64,000 nt of DNA, from the sequence record MH533020.1; one strand, given 5' to 3'. A program made the position numbers and the translations under genes. This document shows positions 1 through 8,888 of the stretch, in pieces. Under the pieces are notes generated by a model, which saw only the letters and a program-made list of their open reading frames with translations, searched no databases and was not told where the DNA came from. The DNA is from Acinetobacter phage ABPH49. Each line of letters opens with the position of its first letter. The stretch's first letter is position 1.

Positions 1-10
1 GAACAGAGAG

Positions 11-259
11 TCATACAGCATCGGGAACCTCCTTAGGTAACGGGCCAGAAAGGGCCTCCAATTCAAGGTCTTCTCCGAAAACCACCGAAGAGCTGAAGCT
101 CAGGCCGGTATCATCAAGACACAGGTCTGTCCACAGGTTCATGACCTCTTTCTGGGCGATCCCCGCCGCATACTCGTAACTCTTGAACGGCCCGTAGGCC
201 TTGAACGCCACCAGATCACCATTTGAACCAACAACCATCACGTTTGCTACGTATTCCAT
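11..259 (-). CDS. hypothetical protein (82 aa)
   Basis: ORF in track; RBS GGGGAG upstream of ATG at 259. Confidence 0.6.
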   Translation of the reverse strand: MEYVANVMVVGSNGDLVAFKAYGPFKSYEYAAGIAQKEVMNLWTDLCLDDTGLSFSSSVVFGEDLELEALSGPLPKEVPDAV

Positions 260-267
260 AAACTCCC

Positions 268-537
268 CTATTTCAGTTTCTTGAGGTTCTTCTCTTGAAC
301 CCGCAGTGTTACCCAGCCACGGGACGTGCCAGTTTGGACCCTGACGGAGAACATTCTCTCCGTTGGATTCAACGGATGGGCATACGTCTCATACATCACG
401 TAGCCGCGTTTACCGGCGTACTTGCCGGTTGTTGGAGTTACATCATCGTCTGACTTTATCGTGGCAGGAACGGGGGTTTCCCCGTACTTCACCCTCGCTG
501 CCCCTCTGGCCGCATACCATTCTGAAAGGTCACTCAT
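268..537 (-). CDS. hypothetical protein (89 aa)
   Basis: ORF; RBS GGAGG upstream of ATG at 537. Confidence 0.65.
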   Translation of the reverse strand: MSDLSEWYAARGAARVKYGETPVPATIKSDDDVTPTTGKYAGKRGYVMYETYAHPLNPTERMFSVRVQTGTSRGWVTLRVQEKNLKKLK

Positions 538-749
538 TTCGCCTCCAGCAATGCCAGCCCTTTGCGGTGAATCAGGTCGCGAGCAGTGTACGGCTTACCT
601 GTACCTTCCCACCCAAGTACGAGATGAGGATTAGCGCAGGTGAAGCAGAACTTATCATACTTCCCGCCGGAGTAGTCACGGCGACAACGAAGGCAGTGAC
701 CTAAGTACCGGTCATCGTGCGGGTGATCCGCATTGCTGAATACTTTCAT
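534..749 (-). CDS. small Cys-rich (zinc-ribbon-like) protein, 71 aa
   Basis: internal ATG at 749 with GGAG RBS; motif HCLRCRR...CFTC; the track's longer N-extension lacks an RBS. Confidence 0.55.
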   Translation of the reverse strand: MKVFSNADHPHDDRYLGHCLRCRRDYSGGKYDKFCFTCANPHLVLGWEGTGKPYTARDLIHRKGLALLEAK

Positions 750-883
750 TATTTGAACTCCAAGTACCGAGGCTCTACGTTGCCAACCTCGATGTTGTTG
801 ACGAGGATGTCGTAGTTCCCATTGTCCCGCTTCCTCAATATTTCGCATTCAAAGCGATAGTGTTTTGGAAGGTATACACTCAT
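749..883 (-). CDS. hypothetical small protein (~44 aa)
   Basis: not in track (<60 aa); very strong RBS AAGGAGGAAAAAC-ATG at 883; TAATG overlap with downstream gene. Confidence 0.4.
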   Translation of the reverse strand: MSVYLPKHYRFECEILRKRDNGNYDILVNNIEVGNVEPRYLEFK

Positions 884-1163
884 GTTTTTCCTCCTTTAGT
901 TTCTTCCTCCGGGCAATAGCCCTCGCGGCCTGAATGTCCTGATCGGACGGTGGAGGGCCATCATACCCTCCATGCGCCCAGTATGCAAGAGTCCGACCGC
1001 AAGATTTGCACTGGTGGGAATACTCACAGACTGTGTAGTCAAGCCGGTCGTGGACGACCGTCTCAACCTCTTCACTGGAGCAGACGAAACACTTCTTGGC
1101 CCCGCCATCCTCGTCCCAGAATTCACTGCGGAGCTTGTATGTTTCAGGCCGCACCGGCTTCAT
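849..1163 (-). CDS. Cys-rich hypothetical protein (104 aa)
   Basis: ORF; RBS GAAAGAG; CxxC...CxxC motifs; 3' end overlaps the 749-883 candidate, so one of the two may be wrong. Confidence 0.5.
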   Translation of the reverse strand: MKPVRPETYKLRSEFWDEDGGAKKCFVCSSEEVETVVHDRLDYTVCEYSHQCKSCGRTLAYWAHGGYDGPPPSDQDIQAARAIARRKKLKEEKHECIPSKTLSL

Positions 1164-1512
1164 ACTCTTTCAGCAGGGCTATCACACCGGCCTTCAGAGG
1201 GTTATCAGCAATTGCAGAGTACCGTGGCACCTTCTCACCTTTAAACTCCGTGATGGCGTACCACAGCCCGTTCTGGAGCTTGATCTGGGTTACCCCGCCA
1301 TTCATCAGGAACCGGAAAGAGTCCCCCGCGTTGGAGCAGAAATCGTACCAGTGGTATTCGTCATTCTTTACCACACCAACGGAGCGATTGTCCCCGGCAT
1401 GTGGGTACCCGACAATTTTTGGTTCTTCCTGCCAGCCAGATTTTTCACGGATCATCTTCAGGAATTCCGCGTTCAGCTGGAAGGTTGTCATCTTGTCGTA
1501 ATTTTTCATCAC
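1144..1512 (-). CDS. hypothetical protein (122 aa)
   Basis: ORF; AAAGGG RBS. Confidence 0.6.
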   Translation of the reverse strand: MMKNYDKMTTFQLNAEFLKMIREKSGWQEEPKIVGYPHAGDNRSVGVVKNDEYHWYDFCSNAGDSFRFLMNGGVTQIKLQNGLWYAITEFKGEKVPRYSAIADNPLKAGVIALLKEYEAGAA

Positions 1513-1862
1513 AGTAGCCCTTTTGCCTTGTTGAGAACAGCGTTAACCCAGTCGCGATCGAAGCCCGGCATGGTTGGCAGAGGGGTGTCTTGAGGAACGG
1601 CGTCAATCCATTCCAGAGCCGCCTCCAGCGCCTCAACCATCTCGATGCTTACCGCCTTAGCATGTGAAGATCCAACGCGGATCAGTTTATCATCTTCCGA
1701 CGACCAAACCTCTACCGTATTTAACAGTTCGTCTTCCTCGTCGTCCGAAAATGCCGTGGAAGGGATCTCTTTGAATACGTGGGCATTTTCTTTCTTCTTT
1801 GTGTAGCCATAGCCCTTTTGTGCGTACCACCCGTGACTGGTGTCTCTGATCAGGTAACCCAT
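1509..1862 (-). CDS. hypothetical protein (start at MGYLIRD)
   Basis: RBS GGAGG before internal ATG at 1862; TAATG overlap with upstream gene. Confidence 0.6.
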   Translation of the reverse strand: MGYLIRDTSHGWYAQKGYGYTKKKENAHVFKEIPSTAFSDDEEDELLNTVEVWSSEDDKLIRVGSSHAKAVSIEMVEALEAALEWIDAVPQDTPLPTMPGFDRDWVNAVLNKAKGLL

Positions 1863-2134
1863 TATAAATCCTCCAGTATTTCCCAAACCTCGGAACGGAA
1901 TTCCGGGTCGCAGTTCAACAGCATTTTTATCGTCGTGTAAAGCTCACCAGATGAGTCAGGGAACGGCATCAAGTGGTACCGGCGAGCATTGATCTCCGCG
2001 ATGTAAATTTCACGTTCTTCCTCAACAGCAGACGGACTCTCCGTCATCACGTACCCTGTCCCGCTGAACATGGTGCCCTTCGGTGCAGGGATGCCACGGG
2101 AGATTCGACGATAGAACGCCTTGATTTCCGCCAC
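1862..2134 (-). CDS. hypothetical protein (start uncertain; GTG at 2134 or ATG near 2071)
   Basis: ORF; overlaps the 2047-2277 ORF in another frame. Confidence 0.45.
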   Translation of the reverse strand: MAEIKAFYRRISRGIPAPKGTMFSGTGYVMTESPSAVEEEREIYIAEINARRYHLMPFPDSSGELYTTIKMLLNCDPEFRSEVWEILEDL

Positions 2135-2277
2135 CGGGTACCCGAAGTAAACTCCGAGGCCACCCAGCGCAAAGCTTTGGCGTGGAGGTGTTTGAACTCC
2201 GGCAGAGGGATGTCGAATTCGTCACCGTCGTTAACCCGCTCGTTAAATTGCGGAAAATTTGGTCTTGTTTTGGTCAT
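2047..2277 (-). CDS. hypothetical protein (76 aa; C-terminal part may be out-of-frame)
   Basis: RBS AAAGGGG before ATG at 2277; N-terminal 47 aa look protein-like, the rest overlaps the 1862-2134 frame. Confidence 0.45.
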   Translation of the reverse strand: MTKTRPNFPQFNERVNDGDEFDIPLPEFKHLHAKALRWVASEFTSGTRWRKSRRSIVESPVASLHRRAPCSAGQGT

Positions 2278-2281
2278 TATT

Positions 2282-2485
2282 TTACCCCTTTACGTTGCCG
2301 AAGATGTTGTAAGCTTGCGATCTGTCGATCTCCCCGTGAACCCAGTGGTCCTCTTTCTCGTGGCACACCTTGCATATCCGGTACACCGTCGTAACGGGAC
2401 CATCAACCATGACGTTGTGGTCAAGGTGGGAGATCACCCAGTCGTGTTTGCACGACCTCGCCTTCTTCATGAAAAATCCGAACAT
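2282..2485 (-). CDS. small zinc-finger-like protein (67 aa)
   Basis: RBS GAGGAG; Cys/His spacing CKHDW...CKVCHEKEDH. Confidence 0.65.
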   Translation of the reverse strand: MFGFFMKKARSCKHDWVISHLDHNVMVDGPVTTVYRICKVCHEKEDHWVHGEIDRSQAYNIFGNVKG

Positions 2486-2487
2486 GG

Positions 2488-2736
2488 TTACTCCTCGCTG
2501 ACCCAGTATTTGTAAAACATAGAGTTAACAGCGACGCTTGACTGCTCGTAGAAGAAGTCCGCACCGGTACCTGTGTAGAATGTGGCGAGGTTTGGATGGT
2601 ACGAAGTTACCAAATTGAACAGCGCCTGACCGTAGCGGAGGTCAGGGTTCTTGATAGCCTCGTCATGCGCTCGAGAGGCAAGTTCCACGGCAACGAGTAA
2701 CGGAATCCGGTTGATTTCTTTATCCAGCTTTGACAT
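2488..2736 (-). CDS. hypothetical protein (82 aa)
   Basis: RBS AGGAGAGG. Confidence 0.65.
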   Translation of the reverse strand: MSKLDKEINRIPLLVAVELASRAHDEAIKNPDLRYGQALFNLVTSYHPNLATFYTGTGADFFYEQSSVAVNSMFYKYWVSEE

Positions 2737-2886
2737 ATCCTCTCCTAATGTGAGTTCTGTTTCGATATGGGGATTCTCTCACCTGAAGACATCCATGTCA
2801 ACAGAAAAGATCACAATTTTGCGAGGAGGAGAGTCAAGCCGACCGTGGCACCAATCCCAACGCAAAGAATCAACTCAATAATCTCG

Positions 2887-3522
2887 TTACTCATTGATTT
2901 CCTCAATCAGTTGGTTCAGTAAGTCTCTGAGTTTTATGATGTTTTTAACACCCATGATGGAAACCTCCTGATTTTTATTATCATCTCGCCTCAGGCTGAT
3001 GGTGCTGGCATTCCCGTTCGAGGTCGCCGTTACAATGGCATCATCGATCTTTCCGCATACCCTCATCGCAGGCCAAGCTACCGTAACCTCCTTTTCGAAG
3101 AAGTCTCGTACCAGCCTAACCACCACCGGTCCGTACATCTCCGCAACCTTGATGATGCGTTCCACACGGTGATATGCTACATCACGCTCACCAATAAACC
3201 GTGTAGTCAAGCATCGAGCTACCTGCACCAAGTGGTTATCGTTATCGGCGCGGAAGCTCCAGTAGCCCTCAGGGTAGGATGACGGCATCATCCGGGTAAG
3301 CAGGCGCTCCAACTGCTCGTCCACGATCTCAACATCTGGATGGATCATCATAGCCGAGAAGTGAAAAGACATCATGTTCCAGTCTACAGCTCCCGGCCCG
3401 CCGGGGAGGGCATCTGAATACATCAGGTAGCCGGACTCGCGAGCTTGACGAAGGTCCATTGTGGACATAAGCTCGTACTCTTTGCGTGGCACAACCACGG
3501 CCACTGATTGCGGCATACTCAT
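2887..3522 (-). CDS. hypothetical protein (~211 aa)
   Basis: ORF; start MSMPQS with GGGGTGG RBS. Confidence 0.6.
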   Translation of the reverse strand: MSMPQSVAVVVPRKEYELMSTMDLRQARESGYLMYSDALPGGPGAVDWNMMSFHFSAMMIHPDVEIVDEQLERLLTRMMPSSYPEGYWSFRADNDNHLVQVARCLTTRFIGERDVAYHRVERIIKVAEMYGPVVVRLVRDFFEKEVTVAWPAMRVCGKIDDAIVTATSNGNASTISLRRDDNKNQEVSIMGVKNIIKLRDLLNQLIEEINE

Positions 3523-4160
3523 TTGAACCACCCCTTTATTTTATCCACCACCGTCTGTCGTGGAGGTGCTGGCTTCAGCGTGAAGTTCTCTGGAACAACA
3601 ACCAGATCTTGGGTCAAGAGGTCGTGAGCCTCCTTCATCATCTTATCTAAGTTGTTGAATTTTCTATTCATTTTTGAAACTCTTGCAAACTTCTCGGTGA
3701 GTTCACCCACAGCCAGACTGTATTCACCCTCCAAGAATATCACATGTTCCATTAGGCCGGTTACTTTGTAGCCCCAATGACTGTGAGGATCAGGGCGAAT
3801 TCCAGTTTTCTGGCATACGGCATCTAGCTCATTGTAGGCCGCTGTCAGTGCGTTCCAGATTCCCTCTACACGCTCTGAAGAGCCTGACAATCGGTCCTTG
3901 TAGGGAGCCGTATCAAACTCTTCCAGCCGGGGGTAGATTCTCTTCGGAGGAGGGGCACTTACGGCCTGAGTTTCCAGAGCTTTCTTCGTTCCGATCGTCA
4001 GACTCAGCTGATCGATATCTGACACCCGATCAAGGATGTACCGGCGCAGGCCTACAACCCCGTCAGGACAAGACAGAATCTCTTTATACCCCCGCGAGGA
4101 GTTTACCTCGATCTTCGTCGTGTGTTTGGACAAGAAGTCCAGAATTTCTGTATCGGTCAC
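3519..4160 (-). CDS. hypothetical protein (213 aa)
   Basis: GTG start at 4160 with GAGGA RBS 7 nt upstream. Confidence 0.6.
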   Translation of the reverse strand: MTDTEILDFLSKHTTKIEVNSSRGYKEILSCPDGVVGLRRYILDRVSDIDQLSLTIGTKKALETQAVSAPPPKRIYPRLEEFDTAPYKDRLSGSSERVEGIWNALTAAYNELDAVCQKTGIRPDPHSHWGYKVTGLMEHVIFLEGEYSLAVGELTEKFARVSKMNRKFNNLDKMMKEAHDLLTQDLVVVPENFTLKPAPPRQTVVDKIKGWFK

Positions 4161-4170
4161 TTATTTATCC

Positions 4171-4530
4171 TCACCATTTTACGACTATTTGCACCGGGTA
4201 TTGTATAGAACCGCCCCGCTCGTATGCCTGCCGGTAGCCGAAATGCGCCTCGAATCCAAGATCTTTAAGGTTGGATATAAGGTTTTTGGCTCGCGTCAGA
4301 TAAGGCGATACATCGCGGTCTATGCCGTCTTCGTCCGGGTCAGCTACTGCTCCGGCAGTGCAGATGATGCATGAGTAATGTCCCTTGCTTGCTGCGGCGT
4401 GAATAGCATTTTTAACGACCTCTGGTACAAGCTTATCCTCCGCTTCTTTGGACTTACGACGGACATTCTCCGCATTAAATGCCTCAAGATCCACACCCTC
4501 TGGGTATGTTGTATCGTCTGTATGGATCAT
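4171..4530 (-). CDS. hypothetical protein (~119 aa)
   Basis: GGAGG RBS before ATG at 4530. Confidence 0.6.
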   Translation of the reverse strand: MIHTDDTTYPEGVDLEAFNAENVRRKSKEAEDKLVPEVVKNAIHAAASKGHYSCIICTAGAVADPDEDGIDRDVSPYLTRAKNLISNLKDLGFEAHFGYRQAYERGGSIQYPVQIVVKW

Positions 4531-4532
4531 TA

Positions 4533-4808
4533 TTACCTCCAACGGATGTGATCATCGCAGCTGTACTCGTACTGAGTCTGCAATGTTGTTTGTGGGACCA
4601 TGACCTTGCCGATGGTCAACCATGTTGTGACGGATTTGGTTTCTGACTGACCGGTCTTGACGCAATGTTGGGCATCCATCTCGACAGAGTCTTTGTACAT
4701 GGCGATCGGCAGTACAATGAACAGGAAGGCCACCAGCCAGACAGCAATGCCGATAAAGATGCCATCTTCAAACTTCATTGCGTCCCAAAGATCTTCAAAT
4801 ATCCACAT
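4533..4808 (-). CDS. membrane protein (91 aa, 1 TM)
   Basis: GGGAG RBS; hydrophobic segment VWLVAFLFIVLPIAM. Confidence 0.6.
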   Translation of the reverse strand: MWIFEDLWDAMKFEDGIFIGIAVWLVAFLFIVLPIAMYKDSVEMDAQHCVKTGQSETKSVTTWLTIGKVMVPQTTLQTQYEYSCDDHIRWR

Positions 4809-4810
4809 GA

Positions 4811-5146
4811 TTAGCTCCCATTGTCTTTAAGTCCTTGCAGCCCGGGAAGGGCCAGTCTACGGTTAAGCTCCTGTATTTCGCCCTCATACTGCTCGAAGAG
4901 GTCTTCGTACATTCTCATTGCCGGAGAGTCTACACCATGTTGGTCGGCAATGCCACCGCTTTCGTATTGTTTTCTTCGGATCTCCATTTGGGCATTGAGC
5001 AAGGTTCCGACGTTGGCGTCCCACATCGCCCGGGTGTAAATTATGTTGTTGTATTTCCTCACCTTTTCTTTCTCTGCCTTCAAAAGCAGGATTACCAGAA
5101 CAACGACAAGGGTGATGATGATCAACGCTCCAATTAATTCAGCCAT
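4811..5146 (-). CDS. membrane-anchored protein (111 aa)
   Basis: GGGGG RBS; N-terminal TM helix LIGALIIITLVVVLVILLL. Confidence 0.6.
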   Translation of the reverse strand: MAELIGALIIITLVVVLVILLLKAEKEKVRKYNNIIYTRAMWDANVGTLLNAQMEIRRKQYESGGIADQHGVDSPAMRMYEDLFEQYEGEIQELNRRLALPGLQGLKDNGS

Positions 5147-5321
5147 GAAACCCCCACTTCACCGGCATGATGCTGACATGACGATGACTGCGTTTTGGGA
5201 TGGTTTTCAGGTATTCTTCCCTAGCCATCTTAGCCTCTTCCTCGGTAGAATGAGCCGATACCGGCATATCTCGACAGCGGAACGATGTAGAGTCTCTCAT
5301 CACTACGTATATGTTTTTCAT
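5139..5321 (-). CDS. hypothetical protein (60 aa), paralog of 5318-5500
   Basis: internal ATG with GGGGGA RBS; shares NI(Y/H)VV..AH.T.E.A..A(R/K)EEYLK..VKWG with its neighbour. Confidence 0.55.
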   Translation of the reverse strand: MKNIYVVMRDSTSFRCRDMPVSAHSTEEEAKMAREEYLKTIPKRSHRHVSIMPVKWGFHG

Positions 5322-5500
5322 CCGATCCCCCACTTCACTTCTCGAACATGGACCTTGATGTTTCTCCATTTATCGAGGTCTTTCAGGTACTCTTCCTTTG
5401 CAGTTTCGGCACCTTCCGGCGTCTTGTGGGCAGACAGAAGCTGATCTCCGTACAGGCCAGTCAACGACGTCAAAACAACCACGTGTATGTTTTTACTCAT
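5318..5500 (-). CDS. hypothetical protein (60 aa), paralog of 5139-5321
   Basis: RBS AAGGAGAAAAC; tandem paralogy. Confidence 0.6.
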   Translation of the reverse strand: MSKNIHVVVLTSLTGLYGDQLLSAHKTPEGAETAKEEYLKDLDKWRNIKVHVREVKWGIG

Positions 5501-5509
5501 GTTTTCTCC

Positions 5510-5620
5510 TTACAGTGTCGACAGCAATTTTTCAAACCCAACCACCCCGGCAATGATGAGGAGGACAACTACCCATGCACCCATGAAGCGGAGGATGGTT
5601 GGTGGACTATCGTTCATCAT
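5510..5620 (-). CDS. small membrane peptide (~36 aa)
   Basis: not in track; RBS GGAGATAAAAG-ATGATG; hydrophobic core. Confidence 0.35.
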   Translation of the reverse strand: MMNDSPPTILRFMGAWVVVLLIIAGVVGFEKLLSTL

Positions 5621-5874
5621 CTTTTATCTCCTGTCCACTCGCCTTCGTGGTGTTTCACGGCAAACGTGTAATCCGGTCCGCCGAGATAACTCTCCCAGTG
5701 CAGGTCGGCGCATCCTGCCGCCCATTCTTGCTCAACAAGGTTGTACCCGCAAAGGGCTACAATTGCCAGCTTACCGGCGGCGATGGCCCCTGCCTCGGTA
5801 TCCGCGCCGCAGATGGTCCTAACCCAGCCACCGGCACAGCAGAAGTCTTTACAGCGTACTTGGACAACCCACAT
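5617..5874 (-). CDS. Cys-rich hypothetical protein (85 aa)
   Basis: GGAGG RBS. Confidence 0.6.
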   Translation of the reverse strand: MWVVQVRCKDFCCAGGWVRTICGADTEAGAIAAGKLAIVALCGYNLVEQEWAAGCADLHWESYLGGPDYTFAVKHHEGEWTGDKR

Positions 5875-6056
5875 TATCGATCCTCCAGAGAAATGAGAAT
5901 GATCTTTCCTACTTTCAGGAGGTACTGGAGATGAAACTGCTCATTTATGTACCCTTCGTCGTAGGCATAGGCCTCATCAGGATCTCGAGTAGTCCCTTTA
6001 TCAGGCGAAAGGTAATACTCTCCAGTAGCTACATGAAAAATAAGGAACTTTTTCAT
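5874..6056 (-). CDS. hypothetical protein (60 aa; start MKKFLIFHV), paralog of 6833-7045
   Basis: RBS GGAGAAGG before internal ATG; shared motif K.FLI...YYL.P with 6833-7045. Confidence 0.5.
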   Translation of the reverse strand: MKKFLIFHVATGEYYLSPDKGTTRDPDEAYAYDEGYINEQFHLQYLLKVGKIILISLEDR

Positions 6057-6352
6057 TATCGACCTTCTCCTTTTACGAGATGCTTCCAAGAGATGCGGAT
6101 GCTTACGATCTCTGTGAGGTGGTAATCATCACAGCTGTACGTCACTTCATACCCCAGAGACTTCAGCAGCTGACCTGCGGTCAACATTTCGTGGTTCAGA
6201 CTCGCCCCTACAATTTTGCGAGTCAGTTTGGTCTGGGTTTGTGTTGCCGGGACGTTGCGGATATGCTCCCATACTGCTTCTGGAAGAATAACTTCCTTTT
6301 GCAGCGCCTCTGTTGTCCGCTTCGCCATCTCTTCTGCTGTTGGTAAATTCAT
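6056..6352 (-). CDS. hypothetical protein (~98 aa; start MNLPTAEEM)
   Basis: RBS AAGGGGGA before internal ATG. Confidence 0.5.
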   Translation of the reverse strand: MNLPTAEEMAKRTTEALQKEVILPEAVWEHIRNVPATQTQTKLTRKIVGASLNHEMLTAGQLLKSLGYEVTYSCDDYHLTEIVSIRISWKHLVKGEGR

Positions 6353-6377
6353 TTTATCCCCCTTTGTTTTCAACATG

Positions 6378-6770
6378 TTAGTAGAATGAGTCTTCGTCTC
6401 TTTGCCAGAGATACTCCCAGCGCTCCTCCGCGTCTCGCATCCGAGACTCAAACCACTGAAGTTCGCGCTTCAGCTTGTCGTACTCCTCCTTTTTCTCCCA
6501 AGAGGCGTACTCGGTGCACTCGCTCTCGAAGTTACCTGAATCCGTGAATGAGGTTTGGTCCTCATTCCCACAGGAACACCGGTAGGATACACGAAGCATC
6601 CCACCGCTGTCAACAACTTCGCTGCCTTTTATTACTTGGTGGTTGCTCGAGATCCGGTCGCAGTTGTTACACATAAGCCGGGTTCTCGTCCCAAATCTTG
6701 CCTTTGTTCTTGGATGTTTTCTCACGCCCCCTCCAACTGTTGTGGTGTCCAAAATTGGTTGCAGTGGCAC
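6378..6770 (-). CDS. Cys-rich hypothetical protein (start uncertain)
   Basis: ORF; CNNC...CSCG zinc-ribbon-like motif; no clear RBS for the longest start. Confidence 0.4.
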   Translation of the reverse strand: MPLQPILDTTTVGGGVRKHPRTKARFGTRTRLMCNNCDRISSNHQVIKGSEVVDSGGMLRVSYRCSCGNEDQTSFTDSGNFESECTEYASWEKKEEYDKLKRELQWFESRMRDAEERWEYLWQRDEDSFY

Positions 6771-6832
6771 ACCAATATTGCCTAAAGAGGCAAACCAAGA
6801 CCCGCCTGAAGAGGCAGGCCAGTTTCCTCAGG

Positions 6833-7045
6833 TCACGCCACGGCCTGACCCTCTCCCCTCGGATTCAGCAGCACCAACCGGCATTCGCCGTACTTCAGAT
6901 TTTCCATGATGCTCCACGAACCGAGGATGGCACGCTCATCGTAGACGTGTGCCGAAACCCGTGATGGGGTAATCCCGCAAAACGGTGCAAGGTAATACTG
7001 GTCCTTTTCCACATCCTTGATCAAAAAGAGTTTACTGGTTTTCAT
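6833..7045 (-). CDS. hypothetical protein (~70 aa; start MKTSKLFLIKD)
   Basis: RBS AAGGAGGG before internal ATG; paralog of 5874-6056. Confidence 0.5.
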   Translation of the reverse strand: MKTSKLFLIKDVEKDQYYLAPFCGITPSRVSAHVYDERAILGSWSIMENLKYGECRLVLLNPRGEGQAVA

Positions 7046-7171
7046 TTGTCGCCCTCCTTTCCTGTACCCCATACCCATGAGCGGGTCACGGTACTTTGTC
7101 CAACTGTTAAGCCCAAACAGGCTCTTTGGTGTCACATCATAAAGCCCGTGTTCCCGCAGGATTGTCCCCTC

Positions 7172-7501
7172 TCAGTCAGACTCTTCATTCTGGGATACCT
7201 CCTTTTCCGGTATACCCCCGGTTTTAGAGGGGGTGGGGTCCAAAATATCACCACCAGAAATATCCCGTGGGGCTGTCTGGTCCCGTGGTGACTCGTCACG
7301 GGCGTGGTATCGCCAAATCCACAAGCTCCCGTGGGGTAAGCGCGTAGCAGGCTCACGAACTTCACCAAGGGCCTCGTCGATCGCATCGCGAAGTCTCAGC
7401 AGCTGCTCTTTCCCAACAAGGGTGACGACCTGTGTATTGCCACTCTTGAAGGTCTGGCAGACCACCAGTGATTCTCTGTCTGTTGCCAACTCAATGCTCA
7501 T
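7172..7501 (-). CDS. hypothetical protein (109 aa), first gene downstream of the 7536-7564 promoter
   Basis: GAGGA RBS; consensus sigma70 promoter just upstream. Confidence 0.6.
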   Translation of the reverse strand: MSIELATDRESLVVCQTFKSGNTQVVTLVGKEQLLRLRDAIDEALGEVREPATRLPHGSLWIWRYHARDESPRDQTAPRDISGGDILDPTPSKTGGIPEKEVSQNEESD

Positions 7502-7535
7502 ATTTTGTCCTCATGTCTGCTCATTTCTTTCCACC

Positions 7536-7564
7536 ACTATACCCAACCTAAAGAGGTCCGTCAA
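7536..7564 (-). promoter_or_regulatory. sigma70-like promoter TTGACG-N17-TATAGT
   Basis: read on the minus strand; about 32 nt upstream of the ATG at 7501. Confidence 0.6.
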
Positions 7565-8323
7565 CTGTTATCTTTCCTTGCCAAAATATCCTGCCCTTTG
7601 GAGGCGGACCGGAGGGAGGCCTCTGGGTCTTGGTGTTTCGGGGGAAATTACACTATTTGGATAGTGGTGCTTGACGGAACCTCTGGGCAGAACGGGGGTG
7701 GGGCGGATCTTTGCCAAATATCTGGGCAAAAATCAAAAAGGGTACCAGTTCCTCGCCGTTCTCAAGTTACAGACATTATAACATCGGCGTGCCAGAATAC
7801 AAGCTTTTTCTTTGCCTTTTTGTTGCAGGCATTCACCAACATTTGGGGTCAGATACAGCACTTTTTGCCAAGAAACCCGGGTTTACCTGTGCTTCACCCA
7901 ATTTAACATAAAACACGTTATACGCACCAACAAGGGACCGGCGGAGCGGGCCTGTTGCAATTGAGTCTCATTACCAACAAGGCAGGCCAGCTAAGGCGCG
8001 GCCAGTGATCAGCCACCTCCATTTGAGAACGCTTCTCATTCAACTTTTGCAATCTGAATCGCAATAATAATTATTCTCATTTGCATTTCGATCCGCATTC
8101 CGGGCACCAACTAAATTTAAAATAAAAATATTTGACAAGTAGCGAATACTGTGTTTTGCTAGGCAGCTTTGCCCTGCTGTTGGTCATCTTGTGAGCAAAT
8201 ACAGCCGCTATCCTGTGGAACCAGACCTCCGGGGCCTGTTGGTCTGCCTCTTCAGTCATCCCCTGATGCATTTCTATGCTAAGAAAACAAGATATTTATT
8301 CACTTAATTTGATAACAAAAAGC

Positions 8324-8351
8324 TTGACATACTGTAATTTGTCTCTATTAA
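8324..8351 (+). promoter_or_regulatory. sigma70-like promoter TTGACA-N16-TATTAA inside a non-coding gap
   Basis: plus-strand motif; no ORF downstream, only a structured region. Confidence 0.4.
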
Positions 8352-8357
8352 AGACAA

Positions 8358-8583
8358 AGGAAAATAGAGACAAGCGCCACCGCCGAAGGCGATGATCGCG
8401 GGGGAAGCAACACAGCCTAGCGCGTGATAGCGCTGGGTGTGGGGGTTACTCTATTTTCCTTTGTCGCTCGCTACGCTCGCGCCACCCTGATCGCGGGGGG
8501 AAAACTGCGACATCTGGTAAAGGTCAACAGCCGAAAAGCTGTGATCGTCTAAAACAGCCTGTGCGCTGTTTTAAGGCGTTTTC
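8358..8583 (+). ncRNA. candidate structured small RNA (about 220 nt), hypothetical
   Basis: promoter at 8324-8351; 17-bp arms 8353-8369 / 8449-8465 give a long-range inverted repeat; local hairpins; a repeated GATCGCGGGGG motif; terminator-like hairpin with T-run at 8553-8583; no coding potential. Confidence 0.25.
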
Positions 8584-8858
8584 ATGCTAAGGTGATAAAT
8601 GGTATGGCTTACAGCCCGAAAGCCTCGCAGTGGTCCGCCTGTGAAGCCGTTTAGATGATAATGGTTCTCAACAAGTTGGTGGTAGGATTTTTAGGGTGAT
8701 TGGTGGGTTTTGGGGGTTGTATTGATCATTGGTTGGTGATATTCTGTTAGATCGGTGTTGGTTGTGGGTGATACCATTCCGCCAGCGGCTAAGGCCGGTT
8801 TCCAACTGGTGGCAATGCCTCGAGGCTCGCCGCTGTTCGCCCTGGGTAATCTTGTGAC

Positions 8859-8888
8859 GAAAACAAGAAACCCGGCGCTGTGGCCGGG
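8859..8888 (-). terminator. rho-independent terminator (minus strand)
   Basis: hairpin CCCGGC-GCTGTG-GCCGGG followed by a U-tract on the minus strand (plus strand shows cgaaaacaagaaa). Confidence 0.5.

Noticed and set aside
7046-7135. N-terminal extensions given by the ORF track for several minus-strand genes (e.g. 6833-7135, 6056-6451, 5874-6089, 20027-20293, 26503-28296)
   Set aside because: Internal ATGs with strong Shine-Dalgarno sequences and overlap-coupling with upstream stops fit better. The extended N-termini are low-complexity and run across intergenic hairpins, or begin at non-ATG codons.
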